Assembly: GCA_964016885.1 (NCBI GenBank) | Contig: OZ024742.1 | Location: 81,282,001-81,346,000 of the forward strand | Reading direction: 5' to 3' | Length of the DNA stretch: 64,000 nt | From: Eledone cirrhosa | Taxonomy: Eukaryota | Part shown: in pieces, positions 17,645 to 32,127 of the stretch | Layout: every line of letters starts with the position of its first letter | How positions within the stretch are numbered: the stretch's first letter is position 1 | Translations under genes and position numbers: made by a program | The notes under the pieces: model-generated | Told to the model about the DNA's origin: nothing | Database searches by the model: none | The model's input: only the letters and a program-made list of their open reading frames with translations

Positions 17645-18257
17645 AATTATAGGAAATGGATTTAATAAATGACTGAAATTTCAGATCTGCAATAATTTAA
17701 TCCCTTAGAATTCGCGAACACACTCTAATCTTCGTAAATGTAATTTCACTTTTAATTCTGTCACTCTTTTATTCTAACTCACTCACGCATATTCACGCAC
17801 GCACGCAGTGACATATTCTGTACTTTATTCTCACATTTCAAAAAAGACCTGGAAGCCGCTGACTGTGGTTATACAATGGTACAAACGTAAAATGCCTGGT
17901 AAATGGCATAAAAGCGTTATACCCCTCAAAGTAGTACGAAAGTACATTAGGATCTTTTTAGAATACGCAGAAAATGAATTAGCGTCATTTTTAAGGAGCT
18001 CAACATTTCAAGGCATACTTTGGGATTGATTGTGCAGGAAGACGTCTGATAATGTGCATATGTGTTGCAGCACGCCCAGTTTATATCTAAATGACAAAGG
18101 ATAACCTTCTAATACAAGCAAAGTTATTGTGGGGTAAGTTAAACCGGCAAGAGTTCCTGATGCTTAGGTTTTTTCCTGATGAGAACTTTGATTAAGAGAA
18201 AATCTTCAACCGAAAGAATGAGAAACTCTTATGCAGAGACCCTAAATTCTTTGCAAC
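17645..18257. repeat. Unclassified interspersed repeat, copy 2
   Basis: Direct match to 13260-13870; ends where the PLE fragment begins. Confidence 0.75.
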
Positions 18258-18279
18258 GGGAGTGCAAACCAAGCTTCCG

Positions 18280-19435
18280 GCAACGTTAATACATTTGGGA
18301 GTCATGAGCAATAAGTGATACGTCATGACTCCTTACATCCGTGTAACCTATGCTTGGAGGAACCATTACAAATGCTGTTTACGAAGGACCAACTCCTAAA
18401 CAAAAAAGACGAACTGGTAACTGCATGCAAACGCGCATTGCATAGGACATACCTCGCCCTCAAACCCCCTAACGGCCCGAGCGGTTGACAATGGCTGAAT
18501 CATCGCACTTGCCGAATAAGATAGGGGAAACCCCAGCTTACATAGGTAGATGTACCTCTTCTTTTCTTCTACCCTTTGTCACTTCCTAACACTTCCTTCC
18601 ACTCCCGATCTTCTCCTTTCTTTTTTCCCCTTTTGCCTACCCCGAGGCAGCCATCGGGCCTCCGTAGCCTCATTACCCCCACCCCAGTAAATTATAGAAA
18701 GCATTGGCCGAAAACGCAATAATAATAACTAATCATATCAGCTGTGTTAGACCTCAGAGATTTTGTAATATTTTTTTGCTACCCAAGTCTATAATTTCAA
18801 AAATTCTTATTTAATATCTTTTATTCCCAACTTATTAACCTATTCTATAGCATTGGCCGTAAAAGCTACACCAACTAAATATAGCAGCTGTTTTAGACTC
18901 TACAGTTTTTGTTTTTTACCACTTCTTGCTATCCTATTTTATATTTGTATATATCTTTTTCTTATTTTTTTATTGTCTCCAAATCTCAATTTATTTACAT
19001 AATCTATAACGTTCCTCCTCTATTTTCTCGAGAACCCTTTTTCGCCTATTTCCTCTGGCCTATTTTCATACACAATCCTTAGAATTTGCTGTATAGATTT
19101 CACTTTCAATGCTTGACCGGCTCCACCTACTCCCTCATTGTTCTACAGGCAAGTTCAGCCACCTCCACCTCCCATCCACTACCATCATAGACTTAATTGT
19201 GTTTATAACAAATTTTGAACAATCTTCTTGACAACTACATTCTTCCCATATAAGGAAGTACCCCTTGAAAAGTTCGGGTATTTATTTACCAGGCTAAACA
19301 TTCTAATTTAGTCCAGAAATAGCCGTCGAAACGGCTTGAGCTCTGCCGTCGGGGTTATACATTTTCTTATTACCCTAAGTATTGAGTATTCTGGTGCGTT
19401 ATGGCTCATCTGGTTCATACCACAACTCCTTCGTT
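18280..19435 (+). mobile_element. Hydra-type PLE 3' fragment (GIY-YIG C-terminus, 3' UTR, HHR, tail)
   Basis: PCNLCLEEPLQMLFTKDQLLNKKDELVTACKR..RTYLALKP matches the C-terminus of 51972-53069; shares HHR and tail with that element; ends in (TA)n. Confidence 0.85.
19260..19355 (+). ncRNA. Type I hammerhead, U3-A8 core variant
   Basis: ACCCC TTGAAAA G [long stem II] C GAAA CGGC ttgagctct GCCG TC| GGGGT. Confidence 0.65.
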
Positions 19436-19446
19436 ATATATATTTA

Positions 19447-19606
<160 letters not shown>

Positions 19607-19773
19607 GTCTCTAATGAACATGTGAACATGCTTGAGGCTACTGTTCACAGCATCGTTATATTTGTAATCATATTAGTCTAAGTGTTTGGAAAGTATTTTT
19701 CTATTCAGAAATATATACAATTGCATGATTTCTAAGTAAACATCATGACTTCTTACTTTCAGAAACATTCATA

Positions 19774-19819
<46 letters not shown>

Positions 19820-19914
19820 CAATTGTCATTCAGTGTCATTGACAGAATAATACATCACACACACGCACATACACACACACACACACACACATCCACATAT
19901 TTATATATAGTTAT

Positions 19915-21766
<1,852 letters not shown>

Positions 21767-22375
21767 TGTTGTGAAATGTCGTTTTTGGGGGTTGTAACTT
21801 CTCTGTTTTTTAGCCTAAGAAAATATATATATGCCTATGTATATAATTACATGCATACATTTATTTTCTTTAATTAATTGAGTTCTTTACACGAGGAATT
21901 GATATTAGTTTTGAAATAACTAATTAACCCTTGTGTGTTTTATATTTCACTCTTAATTCGGCCGGAGATTTACATTCCCATTTGCCCTTTAAAGCATAAC
22001 TTTCTCTATTCACTGCGGTTATGAGATGCGGTTCTTATTCGGGTACAACTTCTGATTGTAGCCTGAGAAAATATCTATATGCGTGTGTAATTTATACACG
22101 CATATATTTATTTTTTTATTTTCAATTGAGTTCTTATCACGTTGGATTGATAATGTTATCGAAAAAACTAATTAACCCGCGTGTATATTATTTGTTCCTC
22201 CTTTCTTGGATCGTAGTTGTCTCCTCTTCCCGCTTCGTGTCGCTATGATACTTCCTCAGTCAAAAACTGCTGGAATTCCAAATTTGGCGGTCATTCGATG
22301 CGAGAAGGAGCAACTTAACAGACACGATTTTTGACTGCAGTAAGAATTTCTTTCTTATATCAAAGTTTAATGGGC

Positions 22376-22500
22376 TTCCACTGATGATTTATAAGCACCC
22401 ACCTAAATATATTCTTACCTGAATATATATTAGGCTTCTACATAAACTGTAAATATTCTCCCAACTTGTAGATAACTTATAATGAAACAATTGTTTGGAA
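22376..22500 (+). ncRNA. Type I hammerhead with a large branched stem II insertion
   Basis: TTCCA CTGATGA t TTATAAG [~80 nt, two hairpins] CTTATAA t GAAAC aatt GT T| TGGAA. Confidence 0.65.
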
Positions 22501-22690
22501 AGAGAGATATCCTTTAACTTTAATTATATCTCATAAAATAATACAACTGGTTTTTCCACATTATACATATTGTTAGCACCCCAAACACTTAAATTGGGTT
22601 TATATTTAAATATAACCTAATGTTTGTTGAGTGAGATGGTTACCAGTCAGAGTTTAGCTTTAAACTATCTCTGTTATTGTATTAAATTAC

Positions 22691-22721
<31 letters not shown>

Positions 22722-23496
22722 ATTATCGGAGAAAGCTAATAGCGATACTCCGGCCAAATCCCAACACACTCAACAAACATTAGGAAATAAGTGAGTATAT
22801 TCCTAATTCAACGTTCGGGCTGCTAACTAATTGCATTGTGTGGAAAATTGGCTGTAATATTTCATATCAGATATATCAAATATATCTTTTCCCAGACGGC
22901 GGTCTCGTTTAATTATAAGATTCCTACAAGTTATGTGAAACTATATCAATTTATGTAGAAGGTTGTATAAGCTCAACATATACTTATTCATGTGGGCTCT
23001 TATAATTCTTCAGTGGGTGCCCAATAACATCAATATTGATAGTCAAATCAACATCAATATTTAGCGATAATCACCTTCGGTACTTGAGGTAGCTGTTAGC
23101 TAGGTAGCCCAGCAGTTCTCAAGAAATTCTCGTACTGTCTCAAAAAAGAGGAAGGAGAATTACCGCCAAAAAACAAAACATGCTCAGGACAATGAATTCT
23201 AAAAGGAATTCAAGCCACGTGCTAGAACTCAATTGGAATTTGAAAAAATACCCATATGTGTATATCATTTGATGGCACACATAGATATTTTCTCGAGCAA
23301 AATAACTGAATGAGATACAAGAAACAATCAAAATTCATATATAAAAATAAACAAAGAGAGTCAAACCATATATCGGGAAGTTCATATCCGTTGCTCCAAG
23401 AGTAAATATATAAATACATTATCGGAGAAAGATAATAGCGATACTCCGGCCAAATCCCAACTCACTCAACAAACATTAGGAAATAAGTGAGTATAT
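22722..23496 (-). mobile_element. Non-coding HHR-bearing unit with a 79-bp terminal direct repeat (pLTR- or retrozyme-like)
   Basis: 22722-22800 is repeated at 23418-23496 (period 696). HHR at 22891-23017: CCCA CTGAAGA ATTATAAGA..TCTTATAAT tAAAC..GTC TGGG. Confidence 0.65.
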
Positions 23497-23614
23497 GTGC
23501 TACCATTACACCAACACATCACACATCTCCTTCCTTTGAAATTAGAAGCTACATTCTTAGCGAGTATAAATGACAAGTAAGTATGTTTTGAAACAGTGAG
23601 CAGGTTTGAAATTA

Positions 23615-23993
23615 ACCTTTTAATTCTATAACGTCCCACTCTTAAATTCCTCCAGAATCCTGTTTCTCCTGCTTCCTAACTAGCCTAATTCCATACACAC
23701 TCCTTAGAATTTGATGTATATAATTCACTTTCAACGCTTGACCGGCTCCACCCACACCCTCATTGTTCTACTGGCAAGTTCAGTTACCACAAGCTACCAC
23801 CCACTGCCATGAAAAATGTAATTGTGTTTACAAGAAATGTTAACCAATCCTCTTGACAACTACAATCATCCCATATAAGGAATTAGCCCTTGAAAAGTGC
23901 GTCTATTTATTACCACGCTAAACATTTTAATTTAGTCCAGAAATAGCCGTCGAAATGGCTTGAGCTCTGCCGTCGGGGTTAGACATGTTCCTA
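23615..23993 (+). mobile_element. Hydra-type PLE solo 3' end with variant HHR (23885-23980)
   Basis: Homologous to ~19000-19365; ends in (TA)n. Confidence 0.8.
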
Positions 23994-24001
23994 TATATAT
24001 A

Positions 24002-24055
<54 letters not shown>

Positions 24056-24374
24056 ACACTCCTCACTGATCAAACTCGATGTCACGTGATTGATTCTTTT
24101 GAATTTGCCACCGTCCAAGTAGGCAGTGATTCTTTCAATGTCTTGGAAATTAGTCCACGCTTGCTTATTTCCATCCACTGATTTATTTTTGTATAATTTC
24201 CCTGTGTCCACGCATCACCAGGTATCTTAGCTGAGAACAGACTTCCTGATGACGAAACGGCTTCTCCATGCTTTCCATCCATTTGAAACCATGTTTATTC
24301 CCTTTGAGAAACTAATTATTTGGAGTGAAATTTTAGTAAGTAAGTTAATTTTTATAATTTTACGTCATTCATAT

Positions 24375-24437
<63 letters not shown>

Positions 24438-24508
24438 TATATATATATATATATATGTTTATATATATATATATATATATATGTTTATATATATATATAT
24501 ATATATAT

Positions 24509-24569
<61 letters not shown>

Positions 24570-24979
24570 TATATATATATATATATGTTTATATATATAA
24601 AAGTTTACATATATATATATACATACACATACATATACGTGTTTTGCAACTGGTCACTTTGTGGCACAATGAAAAATTAATAAATTAAACAATCAGAGCT
24701 ATATATCATAAAACATGTCTATAGAATCCCAAGATAAAATATATACTATTTCCTCTCCCAATTAGCATAATTAACTATATAAAAAATCGAATAGACCAGG
24801 CTATACGAATGAGGCTTCTATGAAGGAATCTCCGACAAATAACCAACACTAGCGCTTCGCGTCGGCCGTAGCGGAATGTTTATCGAATATTTTGACAGCG
24901 TAATCGCCTAGATATAGTCAACTAAACAGAATTAGGTGTAAAATAAACTAGGAGAAAATAGAATACATTTAAATACCTC

Positions 24980-25345
24980 TACCTTTTAATTCTATAACGT
25001 CCCACTCTTAAATTCCTCCAGAATCCTTTTTCGCCTGCTTTCTAACTAGTCTAATTTCATACACACTCCTTAGAATTTGATGTATAGAATTCACTTTCAA
25101 CGCTTGACCGGCTCCACCCACTCCCTCATTGTTCTACTGGCAAGTTCAAACACCATCATCTCCCATCCACTGCCATGAAAGATTTAATTGTATTTACAAG
25201 AAATGTTAACCAATTCTTTTTACAACTACAATCTTCCCATATGAGGAATTACCCCTTGAAAAGTTCGGCTATTTATTACCAAGCTAAACATTTTAATTTA
25301 GTCCGAAATGGCTTGAGCTCTGCCGTCGGGTTTAAACATCTTCCT
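24980..25345 (+). mobile_element. Hydra-type PLE solo 3' end (HHR partly deleted)
   Basis: Close copy of 23615-23993; ends in (TA)n. Confidence 0.8.
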
Positions 25346-25798
25346 ATATATATATATATATATATATATAAGAATATATATAGGAACATATATATATATA
25401 TATGCGTATGTGTATGTGTGTGTGTATTTATGTGGGTGTCTGTGTGTATGTGTGCATGGTCGTGTTTGTGTTTCTAATCTTTTTTACATTTATATAAATA
25501 TATATATGCACGAATATATCATGTAGTAAATGATCCATCCAAATAGTTATAAATACTATTTATTTTCTAATTTCACCATACATGAATACAGGTTCAATTT
25601 GTCTCATTATTTTTATAGCACTAATAATATTTCAATTCACACACTATTTTATTGAAAGTAGTGATTACTTCGCTTAAGATCCTGGCAAATGAATGCACAT
25701 CATGAAAATTGCATTGTGAATTTCCGTTGTATTCTCTTTCTAGATTTACATATTAATCGATGCTCTAGATTACTTCTCTGTATAGAGAATTATAATCG

Positions 25799-25860
<62 letters not shown>

Positions 25861-25866
<6 letters not shown>

Positions 25867-26293
25867 ATGCTATTAAATAAATGGAAACTATATTTATAAA
25901 ATCATATTTATTCTATTAAATATATGTCAAGGGTACCAAAACATTGGTACGCTCTCATCAGATAAAATTCAAAGTTTGTTTTATAAATATTGACATATCC
26001 AGAAAGTAGATCCTAACGGTTCAAGTTTTTCCAGGCGAAACTTGAACCGTTAAGATCTTCTTCCTGGATATGTCAATATTTATTTATTAAAACAATTGTA
26101 TTTTATCTGACGAGTGCGTATCAAAGTTTTGGTACCTTTGAAATATATTTAATAGAATAAATATGGTTTTATAAATATAATTTCCATTTACTTAATATCA
26201 TTGATATTATACTCCAGAAAACTTGTTGAGTGTTTCGAATCAGTTATAAATATATTTGTTGAATTACCAACAAATTAAAAACCCGTTTTGCTT
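25861..26293 (+). mobile_element. Fold-back PLE pLTR (arms ~165 bp, loop near 26029-26037, unpaired tail 26208-26293)
   Basis: Arms are reverse complements of each other; HHR-like CTGA(C/T)GA..GTA(T/C)C..GGTAC..GAAA; (TA)n flanks. Confidence 0.7.
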
Positions 26294-26309
26294 ATATATA
26301 TATATAATA

Positions 26310-26624
26310 TTAAGTGTAATGAGTTCAAATCTCAAGCATTCCTTTACAATGAAAATAGCTCAAAGAAAAGAATATTTCTGAGCCGTGTAATAAATATAAA
26401 TCAATATATATGATGAAACACAGATAGCAACATATCTTTGTTTATATTGCAAAAGGAATAAGTTAGCTAGAATGAAATATACTAATTATAGTTAGTATAT
26501 TTCATTCTAGCTATATATTTCAAATATACTAATTATAATTAGTATATTTCATTCTAGCTAACTTATTCCTTTTGCAATATAAACAAAGATATGTTGGTTT
26601 CTGTGTTTCATCATATATATTGAT
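26310..26624 (-). repeat. Fold-back palindrome 26400-26624 with a nested internal palindrome and an unpaired tail
   Basis: ATCAATATATATGATGAAACACAGA... versus ...TCTGTGTTTCATCATATATATTGAT. Confidence 0.75.
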
Positions 26625-26769
26625 ATATATGTATTATATATATATATATATTGGAAACATATATATATATATGTGTGTGTTTCATATATATATATATATA
26701 TATATACATATATATATGTTTCCTATATATATATATGTTTCATATATATATGTTTCCTACATATATATA

Positions 26770-26815
<46 letters not shown>

Positions 26816-26872
26816 TCCTATATATGTATATATATATATGTTTCCTATATATGTATATATATATATATGTTT

Positions 26873-26926
<54 letters not shown>

Positions 26927-27108
26927 CCTTTAACTACAAATTATTATATACTTTCGTCTTTTCATTAATTTCATTAATTTCAAATAACCAGAATATATTT
27001 ATATATATATATATACTCATATTTATATATACTCTTCTCACTCACACACAAGAAAAAAAAATATATATATTGAAATACTTAACTAAAACACACACACTGA
27101 AAACTAGA

Positions 27109-27631
27109 ATGGCTAACCAACAAAAATCCAAACAGAACTGGTCTGATAATGAAATCGACATTCTAATAAACACATGGCATTGCTTTACCCAAACAGAAGA
27201 CATAGATGCTTCATGTCTGAACGACATTGCTAAACGTACAGTTCACCTTTTGAAAACCCGATCTGAACAACAGATTCAAAATAAATTAAAGCAAATCGAA
27301 GTTGCTTTTAAATTATTCAATAAACATTTGGATAAACTATGGTGTGTTTTTTCTTCGGATGCTGTCCGGCAGCAGCAACAACAAAAACAACAGCAACAAC
27401 GGCAACAACAACAACGGCTACAACAACAACAGCAACAACAACAACAACAACAACAGCAACAACAACAACGACAACAACAACTCTGTGAACCACTCCTTGA
27501 TTCATCAACAATGGCCGATCTACTAAATGAAACTATTAACCTCCCAGTAGCCACTGTCTCACAGCAGGAAACGCCACTTCCTTTCTCTGCCCCAGCAGTC
27601 CAATCATCACCACTGCCAACATCTCCTCTGC

Positions 27632-27689
<58 letters not shown>

Positions 27690-27809
27690 AACATCTTTGC
27701 CTACTGCTATCTCAAGGAATTTACGTTCTAATACCAGTACAAGAACTCTCCCTCCCACAGCCCACAAAGGTCGTCAAAACCTACTCAAACCATTATCTAC
27801 ACCTCTCAC

Positions 27810-27842
<33 letters not shown>

Positions 27843-28335
27843 GAAACCCATCATTTGCCGCTACTCTCTACGCTATAGAATATGTACGGATAGTGGCTGC
27901 AAATTCACCCATTTACCTAGGACAAAACGGTCTATCCCCACAAACAGCCGCCACCATAATGCATACTCTAATTTAACACCAACACACCCACCAATAACTC
28001 AAACAAGGAATCCACAAATCTGCCGCTTTTCACTGCGAGACAGATTGTGTTTACACCGGGATTGTCCCTTTACCCATCTCCCGGGGACCCCTCGGACAAA
28101 TGAAAATAAAAATAAAAATAAAAATAAAAATAAAAATAAAAGCAAAAACAAAAACCATAACCTACATAAAAATAACCACTACCACAGTCACCAACAGTCT
28201 CCTAAACAGGAAACTTCTTCCTCTTTTTTAGCCATAATGAATCTGGCAAAAGAACTGGAAAACAGCATTCGAGCTATCACCCAGCACCACCCTCCACTAT
28301 CACCCCACTGCACAAACTCCTATTGCTGCCATTAA
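27109..28335 (+). CDS. LINE ORF1 (408 aa): Myb/SANT-like N-terminus, poly-Q and poly-T tracts, two CCCH zinc fingers
   Basis: Plausible start ATG at 27109 ([36 protein letters not shown]); C-x8-C-x4-C-x3-H occurs twice; frame uninterrupted. Confidence 0.75.
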
Positions 28336-31302
28336 AAAACAAACAAATTAACACACCAAAACAATTAAAACCATCCACTCTCGCCTCAACATTTTTTCTT
28401 AACGCCCAAGGCATCATCCCTTCCACCAATACTCAAAAATGGAAGATCAAATTCCTGGAGGACTGGGTTGATGTCCACCCAAACCACATCCATTTCTTCG
28501 TCCTCACTGAAACCCATCTCAGTAACCTCCACTTGGAAGCCGAGGTGAAAGTGAAAAATGTCAAAGCCATCCGTGCTGATCGCGCTGCAGAAGAAAGGGT
28601 GGGACTGCCATGTATGTCCATAATTCTTTCTCAACAGAGGCTGTAAACATAGTTACTAATGGATACTGCGAAGCAGTCACTGTATTCAGTCAAACCAACA
28701 ACCTAATAGTAGTTGGGCTCTATAGGCCACCCCAAACGCATGTACCATGCTTCAAGGAATGCCTCAATAGCATAAAGTGTTTCATCCAAGAGTGTCACCC
28801 TGACAACATCTTAATGATGGGGCACTTCAACCTCCCCGGAGTTGACTGGTCCACAAACAGCCTGCCACCAGGTTCTTCTGCCTCATCCTCTGACAGGGAA
28901 GCAGTGGAATCGCTTCTTGACTTCATGGATGATTTCTTCCTGTCCCAACTGGTGCTCGAACCAACGAGGTGCCACAAAAACGTCCTAGACTTAATTTTCA
29001 GCAATCATACTGACAATATCTACAATATTGCAGTGGAGAAAACTCTACTCTCTGATCATGACATGGTTGTCTGTGATCTGAGATTCCACCGTCCAATATA
29101 CAAACCCAATGTCATCTCTCCTGTCCATCCGTTTTACGCTATGGATTTCCAGAATGCAAACTGGGAAGCGATCAGTCATGATCTTGCACATGTCGACTGG
29201 TCCTTCACGCACACTCATACACCCACTAACATAAAAAATTCCTGACAGACATTTGTGGACACTGTTACAAACATATGTGCAAGAACTATAAACACATCTA
29301 AGAGCAGAATCCCTAGAAATAGAAAAACGCTCATCAGCAAAATTAAGAGAACGAACAAAAAAATCAACAAGCTGAAATACTGTCAGCAGCAACACATCAA
29401 CTTGACTGCCATTTCATCACTAGAGATTAAAAAACATAACCTCCAAAACAATATGATGTCTATCATCAACAATCAGAGAAGAGCTGAAGAGGCCTGGGCC
29501 ATTGAGAAGATCAAAATCAGTCCCAAAGTGTTCTTTTCATTTGCAAAAAAACACAAAATCACTGGCTCTACTGTTGGCCCTCTAATTGATGAAAATGGCA
29601 CTCTTCAAGACAATGCTAAAACCATGGGTGAGATACTGCAGAAACAATACTGCTCTGTTTTCAGCAATCCTGATATGGCCGATCTGGGCTGTATCGGCGA
29701 TGTTACTCCCCATTACACCTTATTGGACATAATGTTTGGCGCCCCTGTAGTCTTAGCGGCAATAAAGGAAATCAAGCATAATTCAGCAGTAGGTCCCGAT
29801 AGGTTCCCTGCTTGTGTCTTGAAGGTGTGTCAACACCAACTTGCATCTCCTCTTGCCAATCTGTGGCGGAACTCACTGGATGCTGGATATGTGCCATAAA
29901 ACCTTCTATCCCAGTCTGTTGTCCCAGTTTTCAAAAAAAGACAAAAAAGACCCTTGCCGTGAATACCGTCCAATCTCACTCACCTCTCATATCATTAAGG
30001 TATTTGAGAGAGTGGTGAGATCGCGAATGACCCACTTCTTTGAGTGTAACAATATGCTGAACTCCAACCAACATGGATTCCGTAATGGAAGGGATTGCCT
30101 GACGCAGCTACTGCATCACTTTGATGACATTTTGAGAGCCTTGGGAGAGGGTTCCAACGCTGATGTTATCTACCTTGATTTCAGCAAGGACTTTGACAGG
30201 GTTGATCACAACATTCTACTGAGAAAGCTGTCCAATATTGGTGTCACTGGAAAGCTGCTGCAGTGGATCAAGAGCTTCCTGTCAAACAGAACCCAACATG
30301 TAGTCGAAGGAGTCAAATCCAGCCCAGCCAAAGTCAGTAGTGGGGTCCCACAAGGCACTGTGTTTGGCCCACTTCTCTTCATCATATATATTAATGACAT
30401 CACTGACATCATCAAACACAGCAACATTAGAATTTTCGCTGATGATTCCAAGCTCCAAAAGGTCATCAATGGAGTGGTTGACCGGATAAGCCTTCAGTCA
30501 GACCTACTGGCTGTTACCCAATGGGCGGAAAAGAACAACATGTTACTGAACGAAGACAAATTCGAACTAATCCACTTTGGAAAAGAGGATGCTCTGAAAC
30601 TCCCGTACTCCCTTCCCTCCGGTGAAACTCTAGAGACTTGGGAGTAACCGTGGACAGCAACATAAGCTGGGCCACGCATATAAGCAGCAATGTTGACATG
30701 GCCCGCAGAATGTGTTCCTGGATCCTCAGAACCTTCCAGTCGAGAGATTCCCCCACCATTATCCTTCTCTTCTCTACTTTTGCCCGACCACACCTTGAAT
30801 ACTGTTGTCCATGTGGTCTCCCCACATGAAACAAAGTATCATGAAACTTGAAGCTCCCCAAAGGGCAATCACGAAAAAGATAGATGGCATGTCAGACCTT
30901 GACTACTTGGGTCGACTAGAAAAGCTGAAACTTTACTCACTCCAACGTCGCCGTGAGCGTTATATTATCTGCATGATGTGGAAAATGTTTCATCAGCACT
31001 GCCCAAATGATGTTGACATCACCTTCAAAATACACCCAAGGCTTGGGCCCCGTGCTATCCGTCCCAAACAAAAATCTAAATCTCAACTCATAACAACAGT
31101 ACGGCACAATTATTTCACCTCAATTGGCCCTGCTCTCTTCACCATCACACCAGGACACGTCAAAACAGACACTGACCACACAAAATTGAAGACGTCTTTG
31201 GACAAATTCCTCCAAGTAATCCCGGACAAACCACCCACACCCGGATATGTCTCCGCAAACAGTAATTCTCTTCTCGAATGGGCCATAGTGCCCAAATCCT
31301 GA
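28206..31302 (+). pseudogene. LINE ORF2 (AP endonuclease + RT), disrupted
   Basis: NAQG, LTETH, GLYRPP, GHFNLP, SDH, YRPISLTS, QHGFR, YLDFSK.FD, GVPQG, FADD; several frameshifts and stops (e.g. TGA at 29243). Confidence 0.9.
28224..28230 (+). promoter_or_regulatory. Candidate -1 ribosomal frameshift heptamer T TTT TTA
   Basis: In X XXY YYZ register with ORF1; the -1 frame is open from 28206 into the endonuclease domain and has no ATG before it. Confidence 0.5.
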
Positions 31303-31408
31303 ATTAAAAGACCTCGCCAGGTGGTGCTATTAAGTTAGACATGGCCTGGGCCAATACTGGCCAAAACATTTCAAAGTTATTCAAAGTTATATATATATAT
31401 ATATGTTT

Positions 31409-31450
<42 letters not shown>

Positions 31451-31451
31451 T

Positions 31452-31541
<90 letters not shown>

Positions 31542-31949
31542 GAAACATATATATAATGTAAAATAATGAATAATGTACACCAAAGAACAACTGTGCTTTT
31601 TGTTCGAAATGAATCACAACACAGGAAACATAAGTTATATCACTTCAAGGAGCAACATGTCCAAATGTATGTGAGACAGCGTCGTTGGTATTAATTCGAC
31701 AGGAAATCCAATTATCTATGTTGCGGTGAAGGCTGGAGAGAAAATGAACAATCCCACGTCGTCCTCATCACCATTACACCATTAATAAAGTAATTAAGAA
31801 AATATTCGTCATCCAAAGAAGTCTCCACACAATGTCTAAAAGTTTCGTACATCGAATAACAGGCTTCTATTGTGAACAAATAAATGGAAATGCTATGTTG
31901 TGTGATAGAAACACCATGTCTGAATACAATATTGGAAGGATCGAATGCG

Positions 31950-32127
31950 CAGTATTGGTAGAGGGTGGGACGCCATGCTTTGCAACATAGGATTACTGTC
32001 CTTTACGATCTGAGTTCAAATCCCGCCGAGGTTAACTTTGCCTTTAATCATAACGATTTCGGTAAAAAAGGAATAGTAATGCATTGGGATAATTGCTGGC
32101 CTTGTGCCAAAAGTAGAAACAATTATT
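31950..32127 (+). mobile_element. tRNA-derived SINE
   Basis: Same family, diverged. Confidence 0.85.

Larger units (their letters stand above)
26923..31390 (+). mobile_element. Near full-length CR1-group LINE inserted in a (TA)n array
   Basis: ORF1, then AP endonuclease-RT ORF2, then a short 3' UTR ending in tandem TTCAAAGTTA. Confidence 0.9.

Noticed and set aside
26572-27108. N-terminal 179 aa of the 587-aa ORF
   Set aside because: Runs through a palindrome and a TA array; the plausible ORF1 start is the ATG at 27109.
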